Program-made: the position numbers and the translations under genes
Source of the DNA: Octopus sinensis
Lineage: Eukaryota
Direction of reading: 5' to 3'
DNA: 64,000 nucleotides
Assembly: GCF_006345805.1 (NCBI RefSeq)
Contig: NC_043000.1
Coordinates: 125,550,001 to 125,614,000 of the forward strand
The notes under the pieces: generated by a model
Told to the model about the DNA's origin: nothing
What the model saw: only the letters and a program-made list of their open reading frames with translations
The model's database searches: none
In this document: positions 13,350 through 27,731 of the stretch, one piece after another
How the letters are laid out: each line of letters begins with the position of its first letter
Position numbering within the stretch: position 1 is the stretch's first letter

Positions 13350-13690
13350 CTTATCTTTTATCTTTTACCTGTTTCAGTCATTAGGCTGTGGCCATGCTTG
13401 AGCACTGCCTTGAACAATCTGTTTTAATCAAGTGAATCAACCCCAGTACTTATGTTTTTGAGAAACCTGGCACTTATTCAGTCTCTTTTGTTGAACTACT
13501 AAGTTACGGGGATGCAAATACACCAACACTGGTTGTCAAGCAGTGTTCTCACACACACACACGACAAGTTTCTTTCAGTTTCTGTCTCCCAAATCCACTC
13601 TACTACTTGAGGCTGTAGTAGAAGACATTTGCCTAAAGTGTCCTGTAATGGGACTGGACCCAGAACTATGTGGTAGGGAAGCAAGCTGGT
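13350..13690 (-). mobile_element. tRNA-derived SINE family A, degenerate
   Basis: TGTTTCAGTCATT...GGCCATGC, TAAGTTACGGGGA, GGGACTGGACCCAGAACTATGTGG. Confidence 0.8.
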
Positions 13691-16048
13691 CCATCTGCTG
13701 TTTCTGAAGTCCTTCAGCTCACTAAACCCCTTGCAATTTCTCTATTGCTTCTTTGCACCCTCGATATCTGGCTTTGATCCACCTAATTTTTCCTCATATG
13801 ACTCAGATGAAATATCACCTCAAGAATGATTGGTCATTGAACCTTTTTCAAGTATTATTGTCCCAAAATACCTTTAGGACTTGATGTAAAATCTGTTGAA
13901 TATTTTAATTTTTTGTCCAACCTTTCTATTGAGTCTTGATTGGTGTAAATCATCCACCAAACTAATTGGTGCATAGAACAAAAGAGAACTATCAACTTTG
14001 TTCCTACATTTTCAAATTCATACAAAGTTAGGTTTGTTGTTTCTGATTGAAGTAACAGTTTACCTGTAAATTTCATAATGTATAAACTGCAAAAATGTAT
14101 GGAAAAAAAACTTTTTTCTGTCTTGTTTTTTTTTTTTTTTTTTTTTTTGGCTTGTGATGTTTGTGTGTCTATTTCTGTTACTAATTGCATTTCATTTATT
14201 ACCAACATCTTTTCATCTTTTTTTTGTTAATGTACCTGCTTTTTAGTCATATAATTAACAACCACACATGCACATTTATTTTTCATGCAAATGTCTACTC
14301 ACATTTAAAGAAACTAAGTTTTTTTCTGCAGTTCTGCCAATTTTCACTATAATTTGACCAGAAGTAAAGACACTATAAAGATTTGAATACATAAAAATAG
14401 TTTTAGGTTTTTTCTATTCCCTCATTACAGAACTGAGCTTTGGACTTAAAATTTTTCAACAGGATATTAAATTAACTTACTAGACAGTTTCTTAAATACC
14501 AGTAGCTTATTTGTTGAAGTAAGAATGTTTAAATTATGCCTTTACATTCTGGTATTCATTCTGTTCAACTAATCAAATATTTATATTTGATTAGCTAGCA
14601 ATGTCACCCTACTTTTTCCTTCTGACTTTACAAATAGTTTCAGTTTGTTTTTCAATTCCTTCACACAGGCTAATCTAACTGCCACCATCTACTTGTAATA
14701 TCCATAATTTAACCCTTTTTGGTTACCATATTATGATCAAAACACACTACCTTTTATCATCATTTAACATCTGTTTTCCCTGCTGACATGGGTTGAATTG
14801 TTTGACAGGAGCTCCCAAGTCAGAAAGGTTCCAAAGAGTAGAGGTCACTGCAGTGGTAGTACAAAAGGTCAGTGTAGAGACAGCTCATATGTGAGTCAGA
14901 GATAGTTATAGCTAAGATCTGTGTTGAGTTTGATAGTTATTTACCAAGTAAAATAATGAACATGTTAAAATGTGTCTAACTTGTTGAACCTCTGTTAAGT
15001 ATGAACCCCTCCCATCAAAAAATTAAACCAAAAGTTGTGGCGTGACATTCCACTTCATCTTGAGTGTACCTGCATGACCAATACCATTATATAAGTTACA
15101 GTTTTTTTTTCTTCAATTTTGTTGAAAGTCAGTTTCAAGTAAAACTTAAAATAAAGCAAAAGATGGGGGTTAAAAGGCAAAATGTAAAGAAATGGAACAC
15201 TGATTATGTTAATGGTAAATATATGACATTTAAAGTGTGTGACAGTTCCTCTGTTTACTGGTTCAAGAGTAATATTACAGCTCTGTTCTGTTATACAGTC
15301 TTTAAGTTTCTATTTGAAATCAGAGACAATTCAGGCTGTCTGTATGTGTATGAAATCCTTTACTATATAAATAAAAGAATTTATTTTTAAACTTTTCTAT
15401 ATAGATTAAGCTATATTTGGACAAATTCATTATTTGCTAAGGTTAAGAATAAATGACAGAACTTCCCTTTCATAACATTAACTTTTAACTGATTAACCCT
15501 TATTACTATTGGATTGTCACTTATAGTGATTTAATTTTGAAATAGATTTTGGCATGATCTGGCTTGAGATTAAACCATAGTTTATTTTTCAGTTTTCTTA
15601 ATAACCCATCTCTTAGGTAATTCTCCCTGTTTCTGATGTGTTTTTTTAATGATGTTTTAACATCAAATTTCCTGAACCCTTTTCATATCTGGAAAGAAAT
15701 GATTTTGAATATTTAAGATTTTCGATTCAATCAGTGTACTGCACTGTTTTTCTTTTCGTTTTAGTTTACATAAAAACTGTAAGGAAACTGATATACATTC
15801 ATACATGTGCACATGAACACACACACACACACACACACCCTTAGAAACTAATAAAGGATCAACAGTGTAAAGAAGTATATTGTACAGAGATATCTTTATG
15901 ATGCTGTGTAAGCCGCTAATCTGTTTGAAATGTGAAATCATAAGAAAGAATTGGACATTTTAAATTTGGTTCCCAACAATTGACTTGTTTGTTTTTTGTT
16001 TTTTTTAACCAGGTTACTCCATTTTCCATTTGTGGTTTTTTGGTTATA

Positions 16049-16135
16049 CAGGGTGGGTCATAATGATGGAACACATTTTAAATGGATTAGAAGACTGACT
16101 TTGAGTACCGTCCCATCATTATGGCATATTTTATA
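16049..16135. mobile_element. Tiny Tc1/mariner-like MITE remnant
   Basis: TA|CAGGGTGGGTCATAATGATGGAAC is inverted with GTCCCATCATTATGG (16110-16124). Confidence 0.4.
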
Positions 16136-16699
16136 CTGCAAATGAATTCCTCAATTATAATATATGTATGCACATTACCTTACTGTTTCTTGTATAGGTT
16201 TTGGCTCTAGTATCAAGGTTACCCTCTCAGAAGCAAAGTGTTATCTTCAAAAGTTATATCTCAATTAATTCTGGTCATTTATATGTTGAAAAAAAAAGTG
16301 TCAATTTTGATGGGAAATTTGTTTCATACAATTATTACACTGATGAAGTTTTTACTGGGTTCTGGTTAAATTTTGTTTGAGTGGATCAGACAGTTCCTTC
16401 TGCTTGGTCCTTTAGCTACAGATGGGAGTTTTGTATTAATTTCTTTTCTGAAAACTTCTTAAGATTCTTTTTTACTCTTTTACTTGTTTCAGTCATTTGA
16501 CTGTGGCCATGCTGGAGCACCACCTTTTAGTTGAGCAAATCGACCCCACGACTTATTCTTTGTAAGCCTAGTACTTATTCTATCGGTCTCTTTTGCCGAA
16601 CTGCTAAGTTTCAGGGAATTAAACACACCAGCATCGGTTGTCAAGCGATGTTGTGGGGACAAACACAGACACACAAACATATACACATACATACATGTA

Positions 16700-16742
<43 letters not shown>

Positions 16743-17083
16743 TACGGGCTTCTTTCAGTTTTCATCTACCAAATCCACCCACAAGGCTTTGGTCGGCCAG
16801 AGGCTATAGTAGAAGACACTCGCCCAAGGTGCCACGCAGTGGGACTGAACCCAGAACCATGTGGTTCATAAGTAAAGTACTTACCACACAGCCACTCCTA
16901 CACCTATATAGTATACTATATAGATAGTATAAGATAGGTTAACCTTTGTCGTTTTTGTCTCGAAATATGGTATATTTTATACTGCAAATGAATTCCTCAA
17001 TTATAATATATGTATGCACATTACCTTACTGTTTCTTGTATAGGTTTTGGCTCTAGTATCAAGGTTACCCTCTCAGAAGCAAA
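16120..17083 (+). repeat. 118-bp direct duplication (16120-16237 and 16966-17083)
   Basis: The copies are identical apart from one mismatch near the start. Offset 846 bp. Confidence 0.95.
16469..16907 (-). mobile_element. tRNA-derived SINE family A, full length
   Basis: Minus-strand head GGAGTGGCTGTGTGGTAAG (A box) and GGTTCAGTCCC (B box), internal (TA/TG)n, and tail GACTGAAACAAGTAAAAGAGTA. Confidence 0.9.
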
Positions 17084-17109
17084 TAAGAGGTGTTAAATAC
17101 TCCAAGGTC

Positions 17110-17620
17110 TGTTTGATTAGGGTGCACTCAACACATCATTTGGGTGTACTCAGCATATTACTGAGGTGTACTCAGCACATTGTGGAGGAGTGTAGCTTAG
17201 TAATTAGAGGTGTAGTGAAGGTGTGTGGCTTAGTGGTTAGGGTGTTGGACTCATGATTGTAAGATTGTGGTTTCGATTCCTGGACAAATCAATGCATTGT
17301 GTTCTTGTGGAAAACATTTCATTTTTCGTTATTTGAGTCCACTCAGCTGGCAAAAATGACTAATTCTGCAATGGACTGGCGTCTTGTCCAGGTGGGTAAT
17401 ATATACACCATGGAAACCGGGAAACCAGCCCTATGAGTCTAAATGACTCATGAAAGATCTTTATCCCTTTTTATTCTGTCTACTCAACACATTACTGAGG
17501 TGTACTCAGTGCATTCCATGAGTACCTACAACACATTATAAAAGAACTCTCAAACACATTATTGAGGAACTCTCAACACATTACCAGGCTGTACTCTACA
17601 CATTATTATTCAACACATTA
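17110..17620. repeat. Degenerate ~24-bp minisatellite (GGTGTACTCAACACATTACTGA-like) split by a SINE
   Basis: The ACTCA(A/G)CACATT core recurs about 3 times before 17218 and about 7 times after 17465. Confidence 0.75.
17218..17465 (+). mobile_element. tRNA-derived SINE family E
   Basis: A box TGGCTTAGTGG and B box GGTTTCGATTCC, then CATTGTGTTCTTG...CCACTCAGCTG...GCAATGGACTGG. Related copy at 24831. Confidence 0.75.
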
Positions 17621-18139
17621 TCATTATGTTGTTGTTGGTTGAGTGAAGTAAACCATCAGAGCATATTGTATGTGCTTTGTTTTTAAACATAGTGTGTAGC
17701 ATTCCACAGTGAAGATGCAGTGTCCAACACTAAATCACTGATTGAATATTGAAGTCTGGTTAACTTCAATTATTAGAACATATTTGTTTGACATTTAGCT
17801 TACTTTATATTTCATTGTCTGCTGGAGATAGTGAAGAAATCTTAATAGCAGCAGGTATCTGAAAATAGTATAGTTTTCTGAAGGTTTTTAATTTCAACTA
17901 GTTATTGCTTTAGCAAGAACAAAATTGATCAATGGACAGATTTTGGAATTTTTCCAGTGCTTACCTTTTCAGCAATTAGCCAATCGTTGAATAGAATAGT
18001 CTTTTAGACTACTTCATTCTCTTAGATACTGATTTGATGGTATAATGTGTGTGCTGCACAGCTTGCTTTATAAAAACATTAGATTTTTAAAAACAACTGA
18101 TATTTCAGTAAAATCAATAAATTCTTTCACTATCTTGCT

Positions 18140-18956
18140 CACAACTGTGCGCACACACACACATGCATACACTCACAGTTTTTCCCTTCTTTTGATTGAT
18201 CACACAGTCTCTCAATCATACGCATGTTCAGCCAGTTGCGCTTGTACATGCGCATGCAGACACACAAACACACACTTACTCATTAGTTCTTGCTCCTACA
18301 CACGGCTTCTAGTTCCTACACTTGACTTCTCCCTCTTGTTGCAGCTTTCACATATATAGATTCATTTTTGCATGCAATCATTCATTTATGCCTGCACTCA
18401 CACTATGCCACACATCACATGCACTGCATTGCGTTCATGCATCATGCTCATATGCTGCTCACAAAACTTATGCACCCTCATATATGAACACACACACACA
18501 CACACATGCATACAATCTTGCATGTGCACATTATGACAAACACATGCTTTTGCATGTGCACGTGCACTTATACATGCACATGCTTGCATGCTCACATGTG
18601 ACCAATCGCACACACTTGTGAATACCTACTCGTACATGTGCACAAATGTGCATGAGCACACTGATGCACTTACTTGCACATCTGTGCTCTCATACATGTA
18701 TTCACACATGCAGAATCTGGTACATGAACACTTTCTCTTTCATGTTATTTGTCTGTCCTTCTGTGCCTCCAGGCCCCCCCCTCTCGCTCACCCTCTCTCT
18801 CTCTCTTTCTCTCTCACTCTCTCAGTCTCTGTCCTTCTCTCCCCTCTTCTTCTCTACTAGTACAGCACATACATTTCCTTCAATTTACTGTTTGTATGAT
18901 GGTACTTGATAGCAGGTTTTTATGTACACATTCAATAATTAGACTGAAAATTTTAT

Positions 18957-19015
<59 letters not shown>
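18140..19015. repeat. Decayed purine-pyrimidine alternating (CA/TG) region plus (CT)n and (CA)n tracts
   Basis: Directly visible. Explains the overlapping His/Thr/Cys-rich ORFs. Confidence 0.85.
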
Positions 19016-19016
<1 letters not shown>

Positions 19017-19379
19017 TTAAATTGACACATCTAATGTATACTGCTATTTCAAGTAGCGAACAAAAACAATATCATCCATTTATTGTACTACATATATTAC
19101 ATATAAGTGTTTCTTTTTTTTTTGTGTTTTTGTTCCTACCAGTTTGCAGACACAATCTAATGTAAAACACTTAAATATATTGTTTTTTTTTTTCCCTCCT
19201 CATCTAATATCTTTCTAAAGATTTATGTTATTGCTTGTTTCCTTTTAATATGTTCTACACTTTTGTTCTTACGCTGGTTTCATTCATTGGACTGTGGCCA
19301 TGCTACAGCATGGCTTTTAAGTCTTTTTAAATATTTTTTTCAATTGTAGGACTGATCTCTATAGAATCGCTAACAGCTT

Positions 19380-19600
19380 TTATCTTTTATCTTTTACTTA
19401 ATTTCATGGACTGCGGTCATGCTGGAGCACCACCTGAAGAATTTTAGCTGAATGAATCAATGCCCAGTATTTATTTCTTTAACCCCAGTTTTTATTCCAT
19501 TGGTCTATTTTGCTGAGCCACTAAGTTATCAGGATGTAAACATACCAACACTGGTTTTCAAGCAGTGGTAGGGGACAGACACAAACATACACACATATGT
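19380..19600 (-). mobile_element. SINE family A 3' half
   Basis: GGACTGCGGTCATGCTGGAGCAC...CTAAGTT...GGGGACAGACACAAAC. Confidence 0.8.
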
Positions 19601-19603
19601 GTA

Positions 19604-19665
<62 letters not shown>

Positions 19666-19682
19666 GTGTGTGTGTGTGTGTG

Positions 19683-19876
19683 TCATTGTCTTTCCTCCCT
19701 CACTATCGCTTGACAACTGATGTGGTGTTTATGTCCCTGTAACTTAGCAGTTCGGCAAAAGCGACCGATAGAATATGTACTAGGTTTACAAGGAATAAGT
19801 CCTTTGACTAAAAACCCTTTAAGGCAGTGCTCTAGCATGGCCACAGTCAAATGACTGAAACAAGTAAAAGAATAAA
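19683..19876 (+). mobile_element. SINE family A 3' half, inverted relative to the preceding copy
   Basis: GCTTGACAAC...AACTTAGCAGTTCGGCAAAAG...GCATGGCCACAGTCAAATGACTGAAACAAGTAAAAG. Confidence 0.85.
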
Positions 19877-20423
19877 GGAAGATGCTTGCCCAAGGTGCCA
19901 CTCAGTGGGACTGAACCCAAATTGGGAAGCAAACTTCGTACTGCCCAACCAGGCCATCAAAATATCTATTTGGTTAAAGGGTTGAAACTTAATGCACCAT
20001 TTTACATCAGTGTACACAAACATAGACACAAGCACATGTATCTGCTCAAGCATGTATATACACACTACAGGCTTCTCCAGTTTGCACCTATCAAATTCCA
20101 CTCATCAGGGTTATGTTTGGGTTGCTACAGTGCTGCACAATGGGTTCAACCTTTGAACCAGATAACTGTAAAGTGTTTAGCCACACTCCTTTACCTGCTG
20201 TTATTTAAGTCAAGCTATATATGACTTAGTGTTATGAATTAGCTGCCTATATTTTCTATCTAAATTAATATTAGATAAGATATTAACAGCAACCATCTGA
20301 AATAGGAGAAGCTACCGATCTACTGACTGGTAGCCGTTTCTTTATCCATTGTTTCATTTGGTGATTTAGTGTTAATTTTGAAATGATAATTTGAGAGAAT
20401 CTGAAAAAAATATTGAAATAACT

Positions 20424-20780
20424 GGTGCAGGCCTTGCTGTATGGCATGGAGGTTGCTTCCCAATCACATGATTCTGGATTTAGTCTTGCTGCGTGTCACA
20501 TTGGGCAAGTGTCTCATCTACTAAAGTGTCGGGCTGACCAAAGACTTTAAAGTAGATTTGGTTGGTGGAAACTGAAAGTAGCCCATCACATGTATATATA
20601 TATATATGTGTGTGCATGTGTCTGTGTTTGACAACCGGTGTTCATGTGTTCACATCCACGTAACTTAGCGGTTCAGCAAAAGAGGTCCATAGGCTTAAAA
20701 GACAAAATAAGTACTGGAATAACTAAAAATTCTTCAAGGTCGTGCCCCAGCATAATGACTGAAACAAGTAAAAGACTATA
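20424..20780 (+). mobile_element. SINE family A, degenerate
   Basis: Head-like GGTGCAGGC...TTGGGCAAGTGTC, GGAAACTGAAAG, tail GACTGAAACAAGTAAAAG. Confidence 0.75.
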
Positions 20781-21451
20781 AAAAGAAAAAGGATTAATAA
20801 AAAAAAAAATAGTGAAACCCAACTCCAAGAGGTACTTGGCTATACCTGGGAATTGTTTCAAATGCATTAATGGCAGGTTCTAGCACACATTGCAAACTAT
20901 TTAACTAATGAAATAGGGTATCTGTGTAGTTACACTGAAGCAAGAATTAGTGCAAAATGTTTTTATTCACTTGATCATTTCAAAGCTTCAGTAAAATTTC
21001 CTGAAGAGGCCTTCAGAATTTCTAATTGTTGAAGTAGCAACATAAAGCTGACCATGGTGGGAGGGGAAATAGGAGCTGTTTGGTTTTAATATATCAAATT
21101 CTAATGCTTGCTCTTAATAATAATTGGTCTGTCTATAAAGTAGAGGTCTCTATCATGAACTCATACATATACACTGAAGACAATAGGATGTGATTTAAGG
21201 GTGATTTGGCTGCTTTTTTTTTGTTGATTGACCCACTCATAGATGTAAGCATATCCAAACAAGACAGATATGATCTGAGGGACACTGCCAATCCTATGTA
21301 GTTTTGCTATCACATTGTGATTTATTCATTAGTTGATGCAAATACACAGTTGAGTGTGGTTTGAGGGAGTTTTAGCTTTTATTCCTATCAAATCTTGATA
21401 CTAAATACTCTCTCCCTCATTGGTTTGTGCACACATGCATACATACATGCA

Positions 21452-21954
21452 TGAGTGGAACAGTAAATATATGCAAGACTTTTCTCAAGTTCCAAATGTG
21501 AATTTGTTTGTGTTAACTACATTCCAAAGATGGAGCCTTGTAGCTTTGTTAGAAAACAACTCCCTCCTCAATGGAAGTTTTATAATAATTAAAAAATAGA
21601 AGAAACATACATACACTCATACATACATACATACATTCATTCATTCATTCATTCATACCTCCAGCTTCTATATCCAGACTATGAATTCATATTCATACCA
21701 ATAATAATTGGTGCACTAGGTTTTGTTAGTAAATACTTAAAGGAGAATCTGGATAAACTGGGATTATTGACCGGCTAATTTGTACATAACAAGTGCAGTC
21801 TGTGAGTAGAACAGTAAATGTATGGAAGACTTTTCTCAAGTTCCAAATGTGAATTTGTCAGTGTTAACTATAATCCAAAGATGGAGCCTTGTAGCTTTTT
21901 TGGAAACTGGCTCCCTCCTCCGTGGAAGATTTATAATAATTGAAAAATAGAAGA
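21452..21954 (+). repeat. ~150-bp diverged direct duplication (21452-21603 and 21803-21954)
   Basis: Shared AAGACTTTTCTCAAGTTCCAAATGTGAATTTGT...CCAAAGATGGAGCCTTGTAGCTTT. Offset 351 bp. Confidence 0.9.
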
Positions 21955-22474
21955 GATACACACACACACACATACATACATGCACACACACACACGCACA
22001 CACACACCCAAACACACATACATACATACATATGACTAGAGTGTGACTTTATGGAGATTTAGTTGTTATATCTATATGTAGAAATTCTCTTGTTGGTTCA
22101 TACATACATACGTTGAAGGTTGTAGTTTGAGGGAAATTTGGGTTACTGTTGAGATATTATGTACAGGTACCATCATCAATTCATACATCTATACATACAT
22201 AATATTGATTGATTTCAGAAGTGAAAGCAAATAGGAAAAAATGGTGAGATAGTTGGAAGAAGAAATATTAAAATTCTTTAACTGAGCTACAGATATATAA
22301 TATTATATATAAGATTGAATTTAGCCTCTTTGCTGCTATATATATGTAATTAAATGTCACACAAACCTTCTGTGTAATGTTGTGATTTATAATAGATGTG
22401 GTTTTGTGAGTATTCATCCTGTACTTGAATAAAATATGGATAAACACATAGATAAATCATTTTTTCACACACAT

Positions 22475-23736
<1,262 letters not shown>

Positions 23737-24060
23737 TTATAACTATTAAAATTAATCTTTGTAAATTTTAATAAGCTAGCTTTGGATAAGATAAGCAGAT
23801 ATTAAGCTTATCAGTGAAGCAAGAAGTTGCGATATTAGAGAAACTCAATTGAATGGAAAACTAATATACGCATTTAATTCTTGATATTAATAATATATTA
23901 TTAAAATTTGTTGAGAACAATTAATATGACATATGAGTAGAGATAAGGTTTTAGAACATTAACAGAAAGTAAATAATTTAAAACAAACATCTATTTCTCC
24001 TCATCAATGTTATACTCCATCAATCACATTCCTTCTGCCTTGAATACTTTGTAAATTACT

Positions 24061-24478
24061 ATACTCTTTTACTTGTTTCAGTCATTTGACTGCGGCCATG
24101 CTGGAGCACCGCCTTTAGTCGAGCAAATCGACCCCGGGACTTATTCTTTGTAAGCCCAGTACTTATTCTATCGGTCTGTTTTGCCGAACCGCTAAGTAAC
24201 GGGGACGTAAACACACCAGCATCGGTTGTCAAGCAATGCTAGGGGGACAAACACAGACACACAAACATATACACACACATACATGTATATATATATATAT
24301 ATACATATATACGACAGGCTTCTTTCAGTTTCCGTCTACCAAATCCACTCACAAGGCATTGGTCGGCCCGGGGCTATAGCAGAAGACACTTGCCCAAGAT
24401 GCCACGCAGTGGGACTGAACCCGGAACCATGTGGTTGGTTAGCAAGCTACTTACCACACAGCCACTCCTGCGCCTATA
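24061..24478 (-). mobile_element. SINE family A, youngest-looking full-length copy
   Basis: CpGs retained. Head GGCGCAGGAGTGGCTGTGTGG...CCGGGTTCAGTCCC. Complete tail. Confidence 0.92.
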
Positions 24479-24830
24479 TGGTTCTTTTATTTAAAACTAA
24501 AAGTTGAGTAACAATGGACATTGTATTGTGTTCTCTACTTCCCCGCCTTAACTTCTAAGTGGTTGCTCTAATATACTGCCTGGTTTAACATCATTACCTG
24601 GTCTTTGTGTGATTTTTAGCAAAGTTACACGCTGTTGTAAACATCAGGTCAGGTCTTTAGTTCTTGCAGACATTGTTCTACAGAAGTTTAGAACGAACAT
24701 CCGTCATACCAAACTCACCAGATGAGGAGTACTCACAAATGTCATTGACTCTATCCCTCTTCCCCTCACAACTTAATATAAATTATCCTGCCTCTTTTTT
24801 TTTTTTATGTTCTCTATCTCTTATTCTATG

Positions 24831-25110
24831 AAGGCATGTGACTTGGTAGTTAGGGTGTCGCATTCATGATGGCTAGATCATGGGTTCTATTTCCAGACCG
24901 TGCAGTGCATTGTGTTCTGGAGCAAAACACTTCATTTCCTGTTGCTTCAGTCTACTCAGCTGTAAATAGGTTTCCATGCAATGGAATAGTCTTCGATCAG
25001 TGGGTATGTTGATCTGTTCACCTACCGAGTGGAATGACATCATTCAAAGGCTAAAACAATGTAAAGCGCACTGAGACCAGTGATGTATAACAACATCCGA
25101 TAGTCTGGTC
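24831..25110 (+). mobile_element. SINE family E variant
   Basis: tRNA-like head and GCATTGTGTTCTGGAGCAAAACACTTCATTT...CTACTCAGCTG shared with 17218-17465. The tail differs. Confidence 0.65.
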
Positions 25111-25143
25111 AATATCATGATTCCATGATTTCTTATAGTGATG

Positions 25144-25406
25144 CGTGGTCATTGCCAGTGCCACCTGACTGGCACCCATGCCAGTAGCACAGAAAAAGCA
25201 CCATTCGAGTGTGGTCAATGCCAGTGGTATGTAAAAAGCACTCATTACACTCTTGGAGTGGTTGGCGTTAGGAAGGGCATCCAGCTGTAGAAACCTTGCC
25301 AGATCAGATTGGAGCCTGGTGCAGCCTCCTGGCTTGCCAGTCCTTGATCAAACCATCCAACCCATGCCAGCATGGAAAGCAGACGTTAAACAATGATGTT
25401 GATGAT
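25144..25406 (+). mobile_element. Retroposon family C (RTE-like 3' tail ending in (GAT)n)
   Basis: GGTTGGCGTTAGGAAGGGCATCCAGCTGTAGAAAC...CCATGCCAGCATGGAAA...GATGTTGATGAT. Confidence 0.85.
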
Positions 25407-27345
25407 TTATTTTAATGTTGACTTCATTCTGATCCCAAAGACCTTTGGTTGCAGATATGGTACTATGTAAGGACAGTTGAAAGCTAGTTAGTATCATTTG
25501 AGTATTGCATATAAAACTGACTGTTGTGACTGGTGATTTAGTATAGTACGAGATTTGTTCATACTTAGTGTATGTTGTGTTTGTCTCTAACCAAAGGTGA
25601 AGTACCTCTTGCCTAAAGGTGAAATTTCATTTGCACTAAAATTTGACATTGCCTACAGACGAACATGCTAAAATCTCATATGAATATAATTTCTTTAATC
25701 CTTAATCCCCAAACAATAGTTTAATACTTGATTTACATGCACAGAAATTTGTGTAATTACAATTTCATTATTTTTCTCATCATGGATGTGTCTCTGCAGG
25801 TCATCACCCTTTGACTAAATAAATTGTGATCAATATGTTTGGTACTTCCCTTTTGTAATATTTTGTTCGGTTACAGATTAATTAGATATTGTCTTACAGC
25901 ATTCAAATGTTCTGTAAGTGATATGGTATTGTTTTCTAAATTTGTATGATTGTTTCTTCAACTTTCTTATCCTAAGTGATAAATATTAGAAATTCAAGAA
26001 AATGAAATGTTTTCTTTGCTTTTGTTATTAATACATGCAACTGTTATATGTAGCTTTTACTAAAATGTGAGCTCTCAAATTCGGTGTTTGACAGCAAGAT
26101 ATTAGACTATAATGGCAAGTATGAGATATTTTCAGTATGGTTAAGTATCTAGTTTGTAAAGTTTGGATAATCATTTCAGTTTATTGAGGTGTAAGTTATC
26201 TGTTATGCATCAGTCCTAAATTGTATATAACTTTGGTTTTATGTTGTTTGAGTCTGTGCCAGGATATAAAAACTAGAGATACTGTTTTTTTTTTCTTTTT
26301 TTTTTATCTTTATTTTGTGTTTTTTTTTTTTCTTTTTGTGAAGACTACTACAAGAAATAAACTCAGCAAAGATCAATAAAAACAGTTGACTGTTATTTTT
26401 CAAAGACCTATCACCCAACCAAAGACTATATTTTGGTTAGAAGAAAATTATATTTCTTGACTTAGCAATATATTCTAACCGTGTTGACCTAAAGCAAATG
26501 AAATATTGTTTTGTGGTGTCACCCATTAAATATCTATGCTTTGTTGTTCTGACTTCCAGTCAACTTTATTCCTGATTCCGTTATGGCTGTTGCAGTCAAT
26601 TATAATTATTCGTTTGCTAAACTGTCCTCTTTCTTAGTCAAAATAAATGTAATTTTACTGTTGATGTTCTGCACACAAACGAATAAGTGTTTCTTCCCAC
26701 TCATACTTTTCCTTAGTATTTATTAATTCCTACATACTTATAGGAAATGGATTGACTGGAGATATAAGAAAATTATTCATGAAAGGTATTCACAATTGAT
26801 TTTGCAAAAGGATGTAATAATGGGAAATCAATTAGGATAAAATATAGAAAATTAAATTTCACATTTAAAGCTCTATTTTGATTGCATTTAATGAAGTTAT
26901 TTTATATCCTCCAAGACAGTTTATAAAATTACAGTCGCAAATAAAGAAATAATTTTGTTGCTTAAAATCAAAGATATTTACATTTTCCTTCAGATAATGT
27001 AAATTTATTCAGTCCTTTACATTCTTTCTTTTGGCCCCACAAATCTTAATTGAAAACTTGCTATCTTCCTTTTATCCGTTTCATATATTTTATACTTAAA
27101 ATTCACTCTCATATGTAGCTAGGAAGTCCATATTCCATTCATATCCTCCCCTAAGTCTCATATATAAAATACTGATTATTTTAGAGTAAACAGTTCTTTC
27201 TCAATATGTACCAATGTATATGACTAATTGCCCTGTAAGTGTAAAGTTGGTTTCCAATTAATTATGTTAGGCTGGATTTTGGTCATTAAAGATGATTTTT
27301 AATGATAGTAAGTAGATTATAGATTATCCAAAATACTTCAGTACT

Positions 27346-27731
27346 TACTCTTTTACTTGTTTCAGTCATTTGACTGCGGTTATGCTGGAGCACTGCCTTT
27401 AATCGAGCAACTCGACCCCGGGACTTATTCTCTTATAAGCCCAGTACTTATTCTATCGGTCTCTTTTGCTGAACCGCTAAGTAACAGGGACATAAACACA
27501 CCAGCATCGGTTGTCAAGCAATGTGAGGGTGACAAAGACAGACACACAAACACACACATGCATAGACGGGCTTCTTTTCAGTTTCCGTCTACCAAATCCA
27601 CTCACAAGGCTTTGGTCGGCCCAAGGCTATAGTAGAAGACACTTGCCCAAGGTGCCACGCAGTGGGACTGAACCCAGAACCATGTGGTTGGTAAACAAGC
27701 TACTTACCACACAGCCACTCCTGCGCCTATA
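27346..27731 (-). mobile_element. SINE family A, full length
   Basis: Colinear with 24061-24478. Confidence 0.9.

Noticed and set aside
16198-16380. 60-codon open frame after an acceptor-like AG
   Set aside because: No donor or recognisable homology, and a length expected by chance.
17110-17620. CRISPR-like repeat/spacer pattern
   Set aside because: Units are degenerate ~24-bp tandem copies with ~10-bp related spacers. The context is eukaryotic and there are no cas genes, so it is a minisatellite.
20297-20345. GCTACC/GGTAGC hairpin as pre-miRNA
   Set aside because: The stem is too short and irregular.
20995-21065. Hammerhead-like CTGAAGAGGCC...
   Set aside because: No GAAA box or stem I partner. 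Similar weak hits near 7765, 24718, 39332 and 59905 were rejected for the same reason.
24400-24478. tRNA gene
   Set aside because: A and B boxes are present, but it is the head of a multicopy SINE and continues into the SINE body. The same holds for the other heads.
26994-26998. 5-nt microexon ATAAT (CAG|ATAAT|GTAAAT)
   Set aside because: Weak donor and a frequent chance pattern. Noted only because it lies beside the long-range duplex.
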